NCBI GenBank assembly: GCA_027339965.1
Contig: DAHWNL010000025.1
Span: 1-34,194, forward strand
From: Granulicella sp.
GTDB taxonomy: Bacteria; Acidobacteriota; Terriglobia; Terriglobales; Acidobacteriaceae
Reading direction: 5' to 3'
Length of the DNA: 34,194 nt
The position numbers were made by a program, and so were the translations under genes. The notes beneath the pieces are model-generated. The model did no database searches. It was not told the DNA's origin and saw only the letters and a list, made by a program, of their open reading frames with translations. Of this stretch, positions 17,042 to 25,864 are shown piece after piece; position 1 is the stretch's first letter, and each line of letters opens with the position of its first letter.

Positions 17042-18817
17042 TTATTCAAAGAACGTGACGGTTCGCCCGAGGGACTGGAGGTGCTCATAGTCGTAGTTCG
17101 AGGTTTCGGAAGCCTCGCTGAGGTAACGAGCCTTGAGGGACAGAGCATGGGGCAGACTGATCTCAGTATACGGCTGAATGTCCTCCAGCCGATGCAGGAT
17201 GTCATTGCGTATCCAGAAGAAGTTATCGTGATAGATCGCTGGGCTGTAACGATCGACAAACTGCGGAATCCGGTAGATGTTTCCAGCGCGGGACCATGGA
17301 ATATGGGTTTCAATCACGTCTGGATTTTCCGTGGTCAGGACGCGTGTCAAGGCCGCATATCCATCGTGGGCCAAGACGGTATTGGTCAGTAGTCCGGCAT
17401 CCACGATACGAATGTCCTCGCAGCACAGAGAGGCTCCGCCAACATCTGGAACCATGAAAGAGATCGTTGGCATATCCAGTTGTTTGCGAATATCATCCAC
17501 GGCTCGTCCCGTCATCGCGAACTGATGAGGGGTGATTCCGTACATGTTTGGTCCGTAGGGAACGCGATATCGGAGCAGCAACCTCTCTACGAAGCCGGAT
17601 GGAGGAGCGGTGGTTCCCAGACCGTCGGAACGAAGGGCGAGGGCCCAGGCCTCGTGAAAGTCGAGATATCGATAGTGGATAGTAAATGTTGAAGCCCACC
17701 ATAGGATGAGGACCACGGCGGTCCATGCCGCCGGCAATCTGCGTCGGTAGGACAGGAACAGATAAAAGACGAGAAGAATGGCCGGAATGAAGCAGGAAAA
17801 GTACATGCGGCCGCGGTATCCGGAGTTGGCGCCAATGATGAAATTAAAGAAGGTAACGCCAACGGTATAGCCGACGCAAAAGCGCAGGGAGTCATTGGAA
17901 AGCCAGGAGGGCGGCTCGCCTGTCTCTTTGTCATCCGGGCGGAAATTCGCGACATCTTGCGTAAAGTAGAGCCACAGAACGCCTGCGATCAGCACGGCGA
18001 GGCAATCGTAGAGACCAAGCAGGCCGGCCAGATGGCTCCAGACGGCCGCCATGCCGTGGCGGGTGTAGGGAGCCCAGCGCTTGGCGAAGATCGTATTGGG
18101 CATAAAGGCATGAAAGGCGACGAGCCGCCATAGCTCAACTCCAAGCCAGGCCAGGACAGTGGAGGTTGCAACTTGAACTCCGATTCGCTTGGAGCGGGGA
18201 TTCGCAGAGAGAAAGATGGCGACTCCCGCGCACCAGAGATAAAAAGCCGCCTCGAAGCGTACTGTGGTTGCGAGAAGGGTTGTCAGGATCAGAAGGGAGG
18301 AGTTCCGGCGCTGCAAGGCTACGATGCAGAGGGCAACGAGCAGACTGAGCAGGCTCATCTCCATGCCATTGGCGTCCTCGTAGAGAAACATGCTGCTAAG
18401 CCCAAGCGCAAGGCCGGCAAGAAGGGCGAGCGGAGCGCCGATCCGCCTGTAGAGCAAAAGATAGAAGACACCGCAGGACAGAGCGGAACAGACAGAGGCC
18501 AGCACCTGGCTGACTTGCAGCATGCCAAGGAATCCAGGGAGGGCTAGCTTGTAACACGCCGCCAAAAGCCAGAACCAAGCCGGCGATGAAAATCCCTCCA
18601 CCTGTTCAGAGACGGGTGTCAGAGCCGTTCGCCCGGTCTCAGCATAGGTGCGCGCATAGGCCACGGTGATACTGCCATCGTCCCAGCCGAAGTCGCGAAC
18701 AAAGTGAACCTGCAGGAGATTGACGGCGAGGATGGTGAGAACCAGCGCAGAGAGCAAAAGGATGTGTTTGCGCTGGATGGATAGGCACTTGGAATCAGGT
18801 GGCGACGCGTCAGACAC
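17042..18817 (-). CDS. Polytopic membrane protein, putative GT-C glycosyltransferase (AftB/ArnT-like)
   Basis: After the first TM helix: WDDGSITVAYARTYAETG...EQVEGFSSPAWFWLLA. Also NGME, RFEA, PNTIFAK, roughly 10 or more hydrophobic segments and a soluble C-terminal domain (VDAGLLT..LA, NPDVI). GTG start is uncertain. Confidence 0.7.
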   Translation of the reverse strand: MSDASPPDSKCLSIQRKHILLLSALVLTILAVNLLQVHFVRDFGWDDGSITVAYARTYAETGRTALTPVSEQVEGFSSPAWFWLLAACYKLALPGFLGMLQVSQVLASVCSALSCGVFYLLLYRRIGAPLALLAGLALGLSSMFLYEDANGMEMSLLSLLVALCIVALQRRNSSLLILTTLLATTVRFEAAFYLWCAGVAIFLSANPRSKRIGVQVATSTVLAWLGVELWRLVAFHAFMPNTIFAKRWAPYTRHGMAAVWSHLAGLLGLYDCLAVLIAGVLWLYFTQDVANFRPDDKETGEPPSWLSNDSLRFCVGYTVGVTFFNFIIGANSGYRGRMYFSCFIPAILLVFYLFLSYRRRLPAAWTAVVLILWWASTFTIHYRYLDFHEAWALALRSDGLGTTAPPSGFVERLLLRYRVPYGPNMYGITPHQFAMTGRAVDDIRKQLDMPTISFMVPDVGGASLCCEDIRIVDAGLLTNTVLAHDGYAALTRVLTTENPDVIETHIPWSRAGNIYRIPQFVDRYSPAIYHDNFFWIRNDILHRLEDIQPYTEISLPHALSLKARYLSEASETSNYDYEHLQSLGRTVTFFE

Positions 18818-19088
18818 CGGGCAAACTCCTGGGAATCAGAATCCTGCAGAGGAGATGCCTGGGCCTCTGCGCGACCTCGGCCCTGAAGACCATCTTGCGC
18901 CAACACAGGGCCCGAGAGATGGTCCTCTCATCATCCAGGCCGGGATCAGATGGCGGAAGGATCAGGCTCCTGACCACCATGACTATTGGGCCCGTGGCTA
19001 GGATATCAAAGTAGCTGTGATCCCCGAGTCTAACGAGGATCTGGTTGCAGGCTCAGCGTCGCAATATGTGGCGCTCAACACGTGTCGC

Positions 19089-19682
19089 TCAGGGGGTCGG
19101 CAGGCCGTTGCTTGGGGGTGGTTCGTTGGCGCTCGCATCCAGAGCCACCTTCCACTTGCCATGAACCTTCTTCCAGAAGGTGATGTAGCGGCCGGAGGTG
19201 GTGGTGGACTTGCCGTCCTTGCCGACGGCAGTGGCGTCATAATGTCCCCAGGTGAAGCCGGACTGGTTGTCGGGGTCCATCTGCGCTCCCTCCGCGTACC
19301 AGCTAAGTTTGTAGGTCGCGGGATCCCAGTTAGCGACCGCGGCGATGGCCGAGCGGCCCTGGACGGCCGGTTGGCCGTTGTTCAGCGTGATGCCGTCGTC
19401 GGCGAACCAGGAGCTGAAGGCTTTGCCGCCACCGGCCACCACGGCTGCGGAGAACTCCCCTTCCAGCTTGAGCAACTCAAGCACTCCGGCAGAGAGATGG
19501 GGCACCTTGAGGGGCGTGTAGGTGAAAGCGGACTTGGTGGAGTTGGCGAAGGGTGCGACGGATGGAGCGGCGGACGGGTTGGCCGTGCGGGGCGGGGGAA
19601 TGCTGGGAGAAATGGATTGAGCGCACAGAGCAGACGGAGCGCCGATGGCGCCGAGCAGAAGAGCTGCGGCAAGTGATTTCAT
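19089..19682 (-). CDS. Secreted NTF2/SnoaL-like (DUF4440/YybH-type) protein
   Basis: ATG at 19682, signal peptide MKSLAAALLLGAIGAPSALCA, Pro-rich linker, then WFADDG...GRSAI...GFTWGHY...GRYITFWKKVHGKWKVALD. Confidence 0.88.
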   Translation of the reverse strand: MKSLAAALLLGAIGAPSALCAQSISPSIPPPRTANPSAAPSVAPFANSTKSAFTYTPLKVPHLSAGVLELLKLEGEFSAAVVAGGGKAFSSWFADDGITLNNGQPAVQGRSAIAAVANWDPATYKLSWYAEGAQMDPDNQSGFTWGHYDATAVGKDGKSTTTSGRYITFWKKVHGKWKVALDASANEPPPSNGLPTP

Positions 19683-19689
19683 GAGCAAG

Positions 19690-19695
19690 ATTGTA
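19690..19695 (-). promoter_or_regulatory. -10 element TACAAT, 7 nt before the ATG (candidate leaderless promoter)
   Basis: Minus strand reads TACAAT-CTTGCTC-ATG with no Shine-Dalgarno sequence. Confidence 0.5.
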
Positions 19696-19724
19696 CGTCC
19701 GGAAGGCGGCCGGGATAATCTCCT

Positions 19725-20819
19725 CTATGGCTGCGAATGCCAGCAGTTTGGATAGGGACTGGGGGTCTGGTTCTCGATGGTGGGAGAGTTGGCCGGATTG
19801 GTAGTGTTGGGAGGGTTGGTGCCGGGCATCTCCGGGTTGACCTGACGGCCGTTGGGATTGAGAGGCTCCGGCATCATGCAAGGATCAGGAACTGAGTTGG
19901 GTCCATAGGCGCGCTTCTCCGGGGATGAAAGAACGTTGATGGTGCGAAGCCAATCGGCGGCCAGTTTGGACCAATGTTCTTCCGGTGTGCCGGGTGGATT
20001 CATGCCGAAGCCGTGACCGCCGGTGGCGTAGTAGTGGAGCTCTGCCGGGATGTGTGCATGCATGAGAGCGCGGTAGTAGGCCAGGGCGTTGAATCCGTAA
20101 CCGTGGTCATTCTCCGCCTGGATCAGGAAGGTCGCCGGTGTGTATTGATTGGGTTGGTAGGCGGGGAAGATCTCGGTATGGTCAGGCGGCATGGCGAGGT
20201 AAGCGGGGTAGGCGATGATAGCGAAGTTGGCGCGGGCGCTGATCTTTGTCTGGTCTTGAGAGGCCGCTGGGGCAAAGTCAGCCGGACTGTACTCGGGGTG
20301 GGTGCAGAGGAGGACGGCCAGGTTGGCTCCCGCGGAGAAGCCCATGACGCCTATGTGCGCCGGGTTGAGCCCCCACTGGGCAGCGTGGGCGCGAGTGATG
20401 CGCATGGCTTGCTGCGCGTCCTGCAGATCCATGGGATCGGCGGGATAGTGACCGGCCTCGCCCCGTGGCTGCGGGACCCGGTATTTGACCAGGATGCAGG
20501 TGATGCCGAGGGAGTTAAGCCAGTGGCATGGAGCCAGGCCCTCCTTATCCCAAGCCAGAATCTGGTAGCCTCCGCCGGGGAACACAAGCGCAGCCGCACC
20601 ATTGCCACGGCCGCTGGGGAAGTAGACGCTAAGGGTGGGCACGGTCACGTTGCTGATCACGCCTGGAGGCAGATGGGCGACCCGGTTCGCTGGGAGGAGG
20701 GTCTGGGGCGATTGGGGAACCCCTTTCGGCCAGAGCGGCAGGACAGTTTGAGCGTTCGAGGAGCCGCAGACCGAGGCAACTGCGAGGAGGATCGAGGCAA
20801 AGAGCTGGTTACGCATCAT
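19725..20819 (-). CDS. Secreted alpha/beta-hydrolase (acetyl/carbohydrate-esterase-like)
   Basis: Start moved to ATG 20819 (MMRNQLFASILLAVASV, signal peptide). Motifs PGGGY, KYRVP, D.QQAMR, nucleophile GFSAG, acid AEND, His GGHG. Confidence 0.9.
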   Translation of the reverse strand: MMRNQLFASILLAVASVCGSSNAQTVLPLWPKGVPQSPQTLLPANRVAHLPPGVISNVTVPTLSVYFPSGRGNGAAALVFPGGGYQILAWDKEGLAPCHWLNSLGITCILVKYRVPQPRGEAGHYPADPMDLQDAQQAMRITRAHAAQWGLNPAHIGVMGFSAGANLAVLLCTHPEYSPADFAPAASQDQTKISARANFAIIAYPAYLAMPPDHTEIFPAYQPNQYTPATFLIQAENDHGYGFNALAYYRALMHAHIPAELHYYATGGHGFGMNPPGTPEEHWSKLAADWLRTINVLSSPEKRAYGPNSVPDPCMMPEPLNPNGRQVNPEMPGTNPPNTTNPANSPTIENQTPSPYPNCWHSQP

Positions 20820-20826
20820 GGCGTTT

Positions 20827-20853
20827 ATAGTACGCTGACGGCCAGAAGTGCAA
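20827..20853 (-). promoter_or_regulatory. Candidate sigma70 promoter for the esterase gene, -10 lying 7 nt before the ATG
   Basis: Minus strand reads TTGCAC-N15-TACTAT-AAACGCC-ATG. The 15-nt spacer is short, so the -35 call is weak. Confidence 0.4.
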
Positions 20854-20991
20854 GTCTCGATGGTGAATGATGATTGAAGATTGGCCGAAGTGAGGAGGGG
20901 AATCGGCTTTGCCGCAGGGTGCGCGAGGGAACCAAGACATGAAGGGGGGAGAGCGGCCGAACGGCTTCTCCTGCTTGGTCTGTACCCGGGT

Positions 20992-21000
20992 TGGTACACT
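20992..21000 (+). promoter_or_regulatory. Candidate extended -10 promoter for dxs
   Basis: TG-G-TACACT about 70 nt upstream of the dxs ATG in the divergent intergenic region. Confidence 0.35.
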
Positions 21001-21071
21001 GGGGGGATGGGTTATCCGTCTCAACACAGAAGAGTTCTACCGCAGTTGTTTCGGAGGCACAGGTCCCCAGC

Positions 21072-22943
21072 ATGAGTGATTTTCTTAGCCGGATTCAATC
21101 CCCGGCCGACATCAAGAAGCTCAACATCACCCAGCTTGAAGAGTTGGCCGAGGAGATCAGGGAACGTCTGATCGTGAGTGTGGCCAAGACGGGCGGGCAC
21201 ATCGGGCCGAACCTGGGCGTGGTGGAGTTGACTCTCGCCATGCATTACGTCTTTGAGACGCCGCGCGACAGCTTTGTGTTCGATGTGAGCCACCAAAGCT
21301 ACGTGCATAAGTTGTTGACCGGACGCGAGAACCGCTTTAGCACCATCCGTCAGCCGGGCGGGCTGAACGGCTTTATGCTGCGCAGTGAGAGCGAGCACGA
21401 CAGCTTTGGCGCGGGACATGCAGGGACTGCGCTGAGCGCAGCCCTGGGCATGGCCGTGGCGCGGGATATGAGCGGAGGGGATGAGCATATTGTGGCGCTG
21501 GCCGGCGATGCCGCTTTCACCAACGGCATCAGCTTTGAGGCGCTGAACAACATGGCCTCTACCCGGCGGCTGATTGTGGTCCTCAATGACAATGAGTGGT
21601 CGATCGACAAGAATGTTGGCGCTATTGCGCAGTATCTGCACAAGATCGCCACCAACCCGGCTTATGCGAGCCTGCATGACCGCGCGGCCTTGCTGCTGGA
21701 GAGGTTTGGCGGCAAGGCGGCCAGACATATCGCGCGCAAGGCGGAGGAGGCGGCCAAGGGAATCGTGGGCCGAGGCATGATCTTCGAAGAGTTCGGCCTG
21801 ACCTACTATGGGCCGGTGGATGGGCATAATCTGCCCCTGCTGATAGAGACCTTCGAGTTTTTGAAGAAGCAGCAACGGCCGGTGATGCTGCACGCACTGA
21901 CCCAAAAGGGGCGCGGATTCCCACCGGCGATGGAAAAGCGGAAGAAGTTTCATGGGTTGGGGCCCTACGATCCGGAGACCGGGGAGACCAAGGCGGTGGG
22001 GCAGAAGACCTACTCGGAGGTCTTTGCCGAGAGCCTGATCCGGCTGGCGGATGCCAATGACAAAGTGGTTGCGATTACGGCGGCCATGCCCAATGGCACG
22101 GCGCTGGATGTGTTCCGGCCGCATCACCCGGAACGATACTTCGATGTTGGAATCGCGGAAGAGCATGCGGTGCTTTTTGCCGCGGGGATGGCCACCAAGG
22201 GGTATCGCCCGTTTTGCGCCATTTACTCGACCTTTTTGCAAAGGGCGTTCGACCAGGTGGTGCATGATGTAGCCTTGCAGCGGCTTCCGGTGGTTTTTTG
22301 CATGGATCGAGGTGGACTGAGCGGAGACGATGGGCCCACCCACCATGGGCTTTTTGATATCAGTTATCTGCGCGGCGTGCCGAACCTGATCCACATGGAC
22401 CCCAAGGACGAGGATGAGTTGCAAGACATGATGTTCACCGCGCTCCTGCATGATGGTCCAAGCGCCATACGCTACCCGCGCGGCACCGGCCCGGGAGCGC
22501 TGGTCAAGCAGCGGCCCCGGGCGCTGGAGATTGGCAAAGCTGAAGTGCTGCAGGACGGAGACGAGGTTGCGATCTTCGCGCTGGGCAACATGGTGGCTGA
22601 GGCCAAGCGTCTGGCTGCGTTGCTGCGGGAGGAGGGATATAGCGCGGCGATCATCAACGCGCGTTTTGCCAAGCCTGTGGATGCGGACTGCCTGGCTCGA
22701 TATGGGGTGCGCTGTGAGCTGCTGGTGACCATGGAGGACCATGTGCTTGCGGGCGGATTTGGCTCGGCCGTGCTGGAGGTGATGAATGCGCTGGAGATGG
22801 ATCTGCCCGTGGTGCGGGTGGGCTGGCCGGATACATTCATCGAGCACGGCAAGGTGGAGTTTCTGCGCGCCAAGTACGGACTGACGGCGGAGGCCGCCAT
22901 GTCCAGAATTCGTCCCTCTCTGAGAAAGCCGGTGGGGGTTTGA
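21072..22943 (+). CDS. dxs: 1-deoxy-D-xylulose-5-phosphate synthase
   Basis: GGHIGPNLGVVEL, FDVSHQSYVHK, GHAGTA, ThDP motif GDAA...LNDN, YYGPVDGH, DVGIAEEHA, AIYSTFLQRAFDQ, DGPTHHG, IRYPRG. Start at ATG 21072. Confidence 0.97.
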   Translation: MSDFLSRIQSPADIKKLNITQLEELAEEIRERLIVSVAKTGGHIGPNLGVVELTLAMHYVFETPRDSFVFDVSHQSYVHKLLTGRENRFSTIRQPGGLNGFMLRSESEHDSFGAGHAGTALSAALGMAVARDMSGGDEHIVALAGDAAFTNGISFEALNNMASTRRLIVVLNDNEWSIDKNVGAIAQYLHKIATNPAYASLHDRAALLLERFGGKAARHIARKAEEAAKGIVGRGMIFEEFGLTYYGPVDGHNLPLLIETFEFLKKQQRPVMLHALTQKGRGFPPAMEKRKKFHGLGPYDPETGETKAVGQKTYSEVFAESLIRLADANDKVVAITAAMPNGTALDVFRPHHPERYFDVGIAEEHAVLFAAGMATKGYRPFCAIYSTFLQRAFDQVVHDVALQRLPVVFCMDRGGLSGDDGPTHHGLFDISYLRGVPNLIHMDPKDEDELQDMMFTALLHDGPSAIRYPRGTGPGALVKQRPRALEIGKAEVLQDGDEVAIFALGNMVAEAKRLAALLREEGYSAAIINARFAKPVDADCLARYGVRCELLVTMEDHVLAGGFGSAVLEVMNALEMDLPVVRVGWPDTFIEHGKVEFLRAKYGLTAEAAMSRIRPSLRKPVGV

Positions 22944-23115
22944 GGACGAAAGTTCCGTGGATGGCCGGGCCGCGCCCAAGGCCGCGCCGAAACAGGATGT
23001 AGCTTGCAGCCTCTCCCGTAGTTCTCGAGATCAAGGAGATCCCGAGGTGGGAGGTGAGCCCTTGGGTTCCGCGTGTTTGACAAAGCCAAAAAGCGGCCTT
23101 CCACTGGCGCTAGGG

Positions 23116-23661
23116 ATGGGAGAGCCGACGAGAGTGCCGGGGCAAACAAACGAATGGGGCGAAGCGCCAAGCGAGGAGCGGGCTCGGACGCAGCCAAGCC
23201 GGCAGCGTGGTCTTTTGCTGGTGGGGTTGTTCAAACTTGGCAAGGCGATCTTCTTCGCTGCCGTGGGCGCCGGAGCGCTGCATCTGGTCAACCGGAATAT
23301 GAGCAGCGTGCTGACGCATGGGGTCGATATTCTGGGAATCGATCCGGAGAGACACTTTGTCTCCGTTCTGCTGCAGCACGTTCAATTCATTGACCCGCAT
23401 GAGATGCGGAAAGCCGGCCTGCTTTCTTTCCTGTACGCAGCCGTCTGCGTGGTGGAGGGCGCTGGACTGGTGTTGAAGAAGCGCTGGGCCGGCTACCTGA
23501 CGGTGATTCTCACCGCGCTGGGGCTGCCTTGGGAGGGATTTGAGCTGCTGGTGAAGTTCTCCACCTACAAGCTGGCGCTGCTGGCGATCAACTTTGGGGT
23601 CTTGCTGTACCTGCTCTGGATTTTGAAGAGGAGAGAAGCAGACGCGAGCCTGACTCTTTGA
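23116..23661 (+). CDS. DUF2127 family membrane protein
   Basis: GLLLVGLFKLGKA...YAAVCVVEGAGL..KRWAGYLTV..T...LPWE.FEL...LAINFGVLLYL, about 4 TM helices. Start uncertain; the ORF is open from 22957. Confidence 0.82.
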   Translation: MGEPTRVPGQTNEWGEAPSEERARTQPSRQRGLLLVGLFKLGKAIFFAAVGAGALHLVNRNMSSVLTHGVDILGIDPERHFVSVLLQHVQFIDPHEMRKAGLLSFLYAAVCVVEGAGLVLKKRWAGYLTVILTALGLPWEGFELLVKFSTYKLALLAINFGVLLYLLWILKRREADASLTL

Positions 23662-23959
23662 GGTGGGCCAAGGTCCAGACGCGGGCCCGAACTCCCGCAA
23701 CGGCCCTTGGGCCCTGCCGCCTGCGCCGACCGAAGGGCAAAACCCCGTCAGAGGCTGGGCCGGCGGTCTCATCCAAGGCCTGGGCGAGCCGCTTGAAGCT
23801 GGCCCTGGAAGGGCTTCTGCCGAAGGACAGATGACTCGTCTCGGAGAGGATCAAGACGGGGATCCTCTGGTCGCGGCGACAGGCTTTCGCTTTTAATTCG
23901 CCTACATCAGGCCAGATACGGCTGACAAGTAGCCAGGCAGGGGCGAATCAATGAGGGCA

Positions 23960-24006
23960 ACACAATATGTTGTGGTGGAGTAGCAGAAAATCGCTACAGG
24001 ATGGAT
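23960..24006. promoter_or_regulatory. NrdR-box-like palindrome with a degenerate second copy at 31-bp spacing
   Basis: ACACAATATGTTGTGG (23960-23975) matches the NrdR consensus acaCwAtATaTwGtgt at 14 of 16 positions. TCGCTACAGGATGGAT (23991-24006) is a weak match. Confidence 0.5.
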
Positions 24007-24082
24007 TTTCCACATTTCCGAAGGAAAACAGGGCAGAAAGCCGAGAGATTTTGCTTGCTATCCGCCGCCGGACACTCCATTC

Positions 24083-24120
24083 TTAGTGGAAAGAAGTGGA
24101 AGAAAGTGGTCTAAAAGGGC
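24083..24120 (+). promoter_or_regulatory. MraZ-binding repeats (dcw operator)
   Basis: AGTGG at 10-bp period (GTGG at 24086, 24096, 24106; degenerate AGGG at 24116) upstream of mraZ. This is the known arrangement of MraZ boxes. Confidence 0.85.
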
Positions 24121-24263
24121 AAAACAACACCGACTAACGACGATAGTAAGGCAGATTGGCCCTGAATGGAAGCCGAAGGGTTGCAGGAAAGCGGGAGGGA
24201 GTCGAGGCGGATACCTCTCGCGGCCAGGAAGTTGTGATTCGAGATCTGGAGTGAGGTTTTGGA

Positions 24264-24701
24264 ATGTTTCGCGGCAATCACCCAACGCGTGTGGACGAGA
24301 AGGGCCGGCTGAAGGTCCCGGCCGAGTTCAAGCGCAGGGTGGATGAACTTTACGGCCCGCAGTTTTTTATTACCAGCAAGGATGGCAAGCGGGCCGAGCT
24401 CTACCCGATGAAGGAGTGGGAGCGGATTGAGGACGCGCTGGCCAAAGCGCCCTCCAGCGGGGCAAAGAAGAAGTTTCTGGATGTGACCAACTACTACGGC
24501 CAGGTGGTGGAGATGGATGCGCAGGGAAGGTTGTTGCTTCCGCAGTTGCTGCGCGAAGACGCGACGCTGGCTGGAGATGTGGCTGTGCTGGGAATGCAGA
24601 CGTACCTGGTGGTTGCCAACGATGCCCAGCATCGGGCGCAACTGGCTGAGAGTCCGCTCACCGATGCGGATATCGACGCTCTGGGTGTGGTTGGAATTTA
24701 G
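24264..24701 (+). CDS. mraZ: Division/cell-wall cluster transcriptional repressor MraZ
   Basis: MFRGNHPTRVDEKGRLKVPA...MDAQGRLLLP (two DxxGR repeats), first gene of the dcw cluster. Confidence 0.97.
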   Translation: MFRGNHPTRVDEKGRLKVPAEFKRRVDELYGPQFFITSKDGKRAELYPMKEWERIEDALAKAPSSGAKKKFLDVTNYYGQVVEMDAQGRLLLPQLLREDATLAGDVAVLGMQTYLVVANDAQHRAQLAESPLTDADIDALGVVGI

Positions 24702-24737
24702 TTCGGGTCCCTGAGTGGGACGCATGAGGCGGAACGT

Positions 24738-25673
24738 ATGACGAAACCGCAACATGTACCGGTTCTTTTAGAAGAAAGTCTGAACTTTCTGAATGTGCGC
24801 GAAGGCGGCGTGATGGTGGATGCGACGCTTGGGCTGGGCGGTCACTCAGAGGCGATCGCCCGCAGGCTGGGAGCGGGTGGAAGACTGATCTGCCTGGATC
24901 GTGATGCGCAGGCGATGGAGCTGGCCAAAGCCCGGCTGGAGGAGTTGGCCAGCGAGTTGGGGAATCGGATGCCGCGGGTGGAGTTTGTGGAGCGGCCTTT
25001 CTCTGAGATTGCCTCCATCCTTGAGTCTGGGACGCTGGACGGATTGCTGGCGGACCTTGGCGTCAGCAGCCTGCAGTTGGACGAAGCGCACAGAGGATTC
25101 AGTTTCCGGCAGGAGGGCCCCTTGGATATGCGCATGGACAGGCGCGGGGGCCTGACGGCCGAACAAGTGGTAAATCAGGCCGACGAAGAAGAGCTCGCCA
25201 ACCTGATTTACGAATTCGGAGAGGAAAGGAGGTCGCGGAGAATCGCCAGAGCTATTGTGCGGGCGCGGCCGATTTCGACAACAGCGGAACTTGCTCGGGT
25301 CGTATCGGCCGTCGCCTCGCCAATAAAGCGATCGGAGCGAGGCCACGGAGAGGGTGGCCGGATTCATCCTGCGACAAGAACCTTTCAGGCGCTGCGAATT
25401 CGAGTGAATGATGAGCTGGGCGAGATTCAGGCGCTGCTCCGGGCGGTCAGCGGAGACGAATCTCTGCTCAAGCGGGGAGGACGAGTGGTGATGATCAGCT
25501 TCCACTCCTTGGAGGACCGGCTGGTGAAGGACGCCTTGCGTGAGGCTGCAAGGCAGGGAGAGATGGAGATTCTGACCCGGAAGCCGGTGACAGCGGGCGA
25601 AGAAGAGGCATTGAGAAACCCCCGAGCCAGGAGCGCAAAGCTCCGGGCGGCGGAGAGATTTTTGAAGCGCTGA
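24738..25673 (+). CDS. rsmH: 16S rRNA C1402 N4-methyltransferase
   Basis: HVPVLLEE, DATLGLGGHS, DLGVSSLQLD..RGFSF..GPLDMRMD, HPATRTFQALRI.VNDEL, ISFHSLEDR, NPRARSAKLR. Confidence 0.98.
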   Translation: MTKPQHVPVLLEESLNFLNVREGGVMVDATLGLGGHSEAIARRLGAGGRLICLDRDAQAMELAKARLEELASELGNRMPRVEFVERPFSEIASILESGTLDGLLADLGVSSLQLDEAHRGFSFRQEGPLDMRMDRRGGLTAEQVVNQADEEELANLIYEFGEERRSRRIARAIVRARPISTTAELARVVSAVASPIKRSERGHGEGGRIHPATRTFQALRIRVNDELGEIQALLRAVSGDESLLKRGGRVVMISFHSLEDRLVKDALREAARQGEMEILTRKPVTAGEEEALRNPRARSAKLRAAERFLKR

Positions 25674-25755
25674 AGAGATTGAAACCGAGATCGGGCCGAG
25701 GTTGTCCAGCCGTACTTTCAGGCGAAAGACACCAGCAACAAAAAGTCCCTTCCCC

Positions 25756-25802
25756 CATCCGCAACCCCGGCCCGGGTTGTAACGCGTTTGGGGTTGTGGA
25801 TG
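25756..25802 (+). other. Stem-loop in the rsmH-ftsL spacer
   Basis: CATCCGCAACCCC (25756-25768) pairs with GGGGTTGTGGATG (25790-25802), 13 bp with one G-U pair. Confidence 0.5.
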
Positions 25803-25864
25803 TTGCGTGATTCCCAAAAGACGGGGTTGAAGGACGGAAGACGAGTTCAGTGTGAGGTGTCGCG

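Noticed and set aside
20820..21071. Extended N-termini from the ORF track for the esterase (20999) and dxs (20991)
   Set aside because: The extensions would overlap head-to-head and bury the esterase signal peptide. Downstream ATGs fit the family N-termini and promoter motifs better.
23662..24263. RNase P RNA (often near mraZ) or a c-di-GMP-I riboswitch suggested by GGGCAAAACCCC
   Set aside because: No GAGGAAAGTCC or terminal CGGCTTA rnpB signatures, and the GNRA tetraloop and second stem of the GEMM motif are missing.
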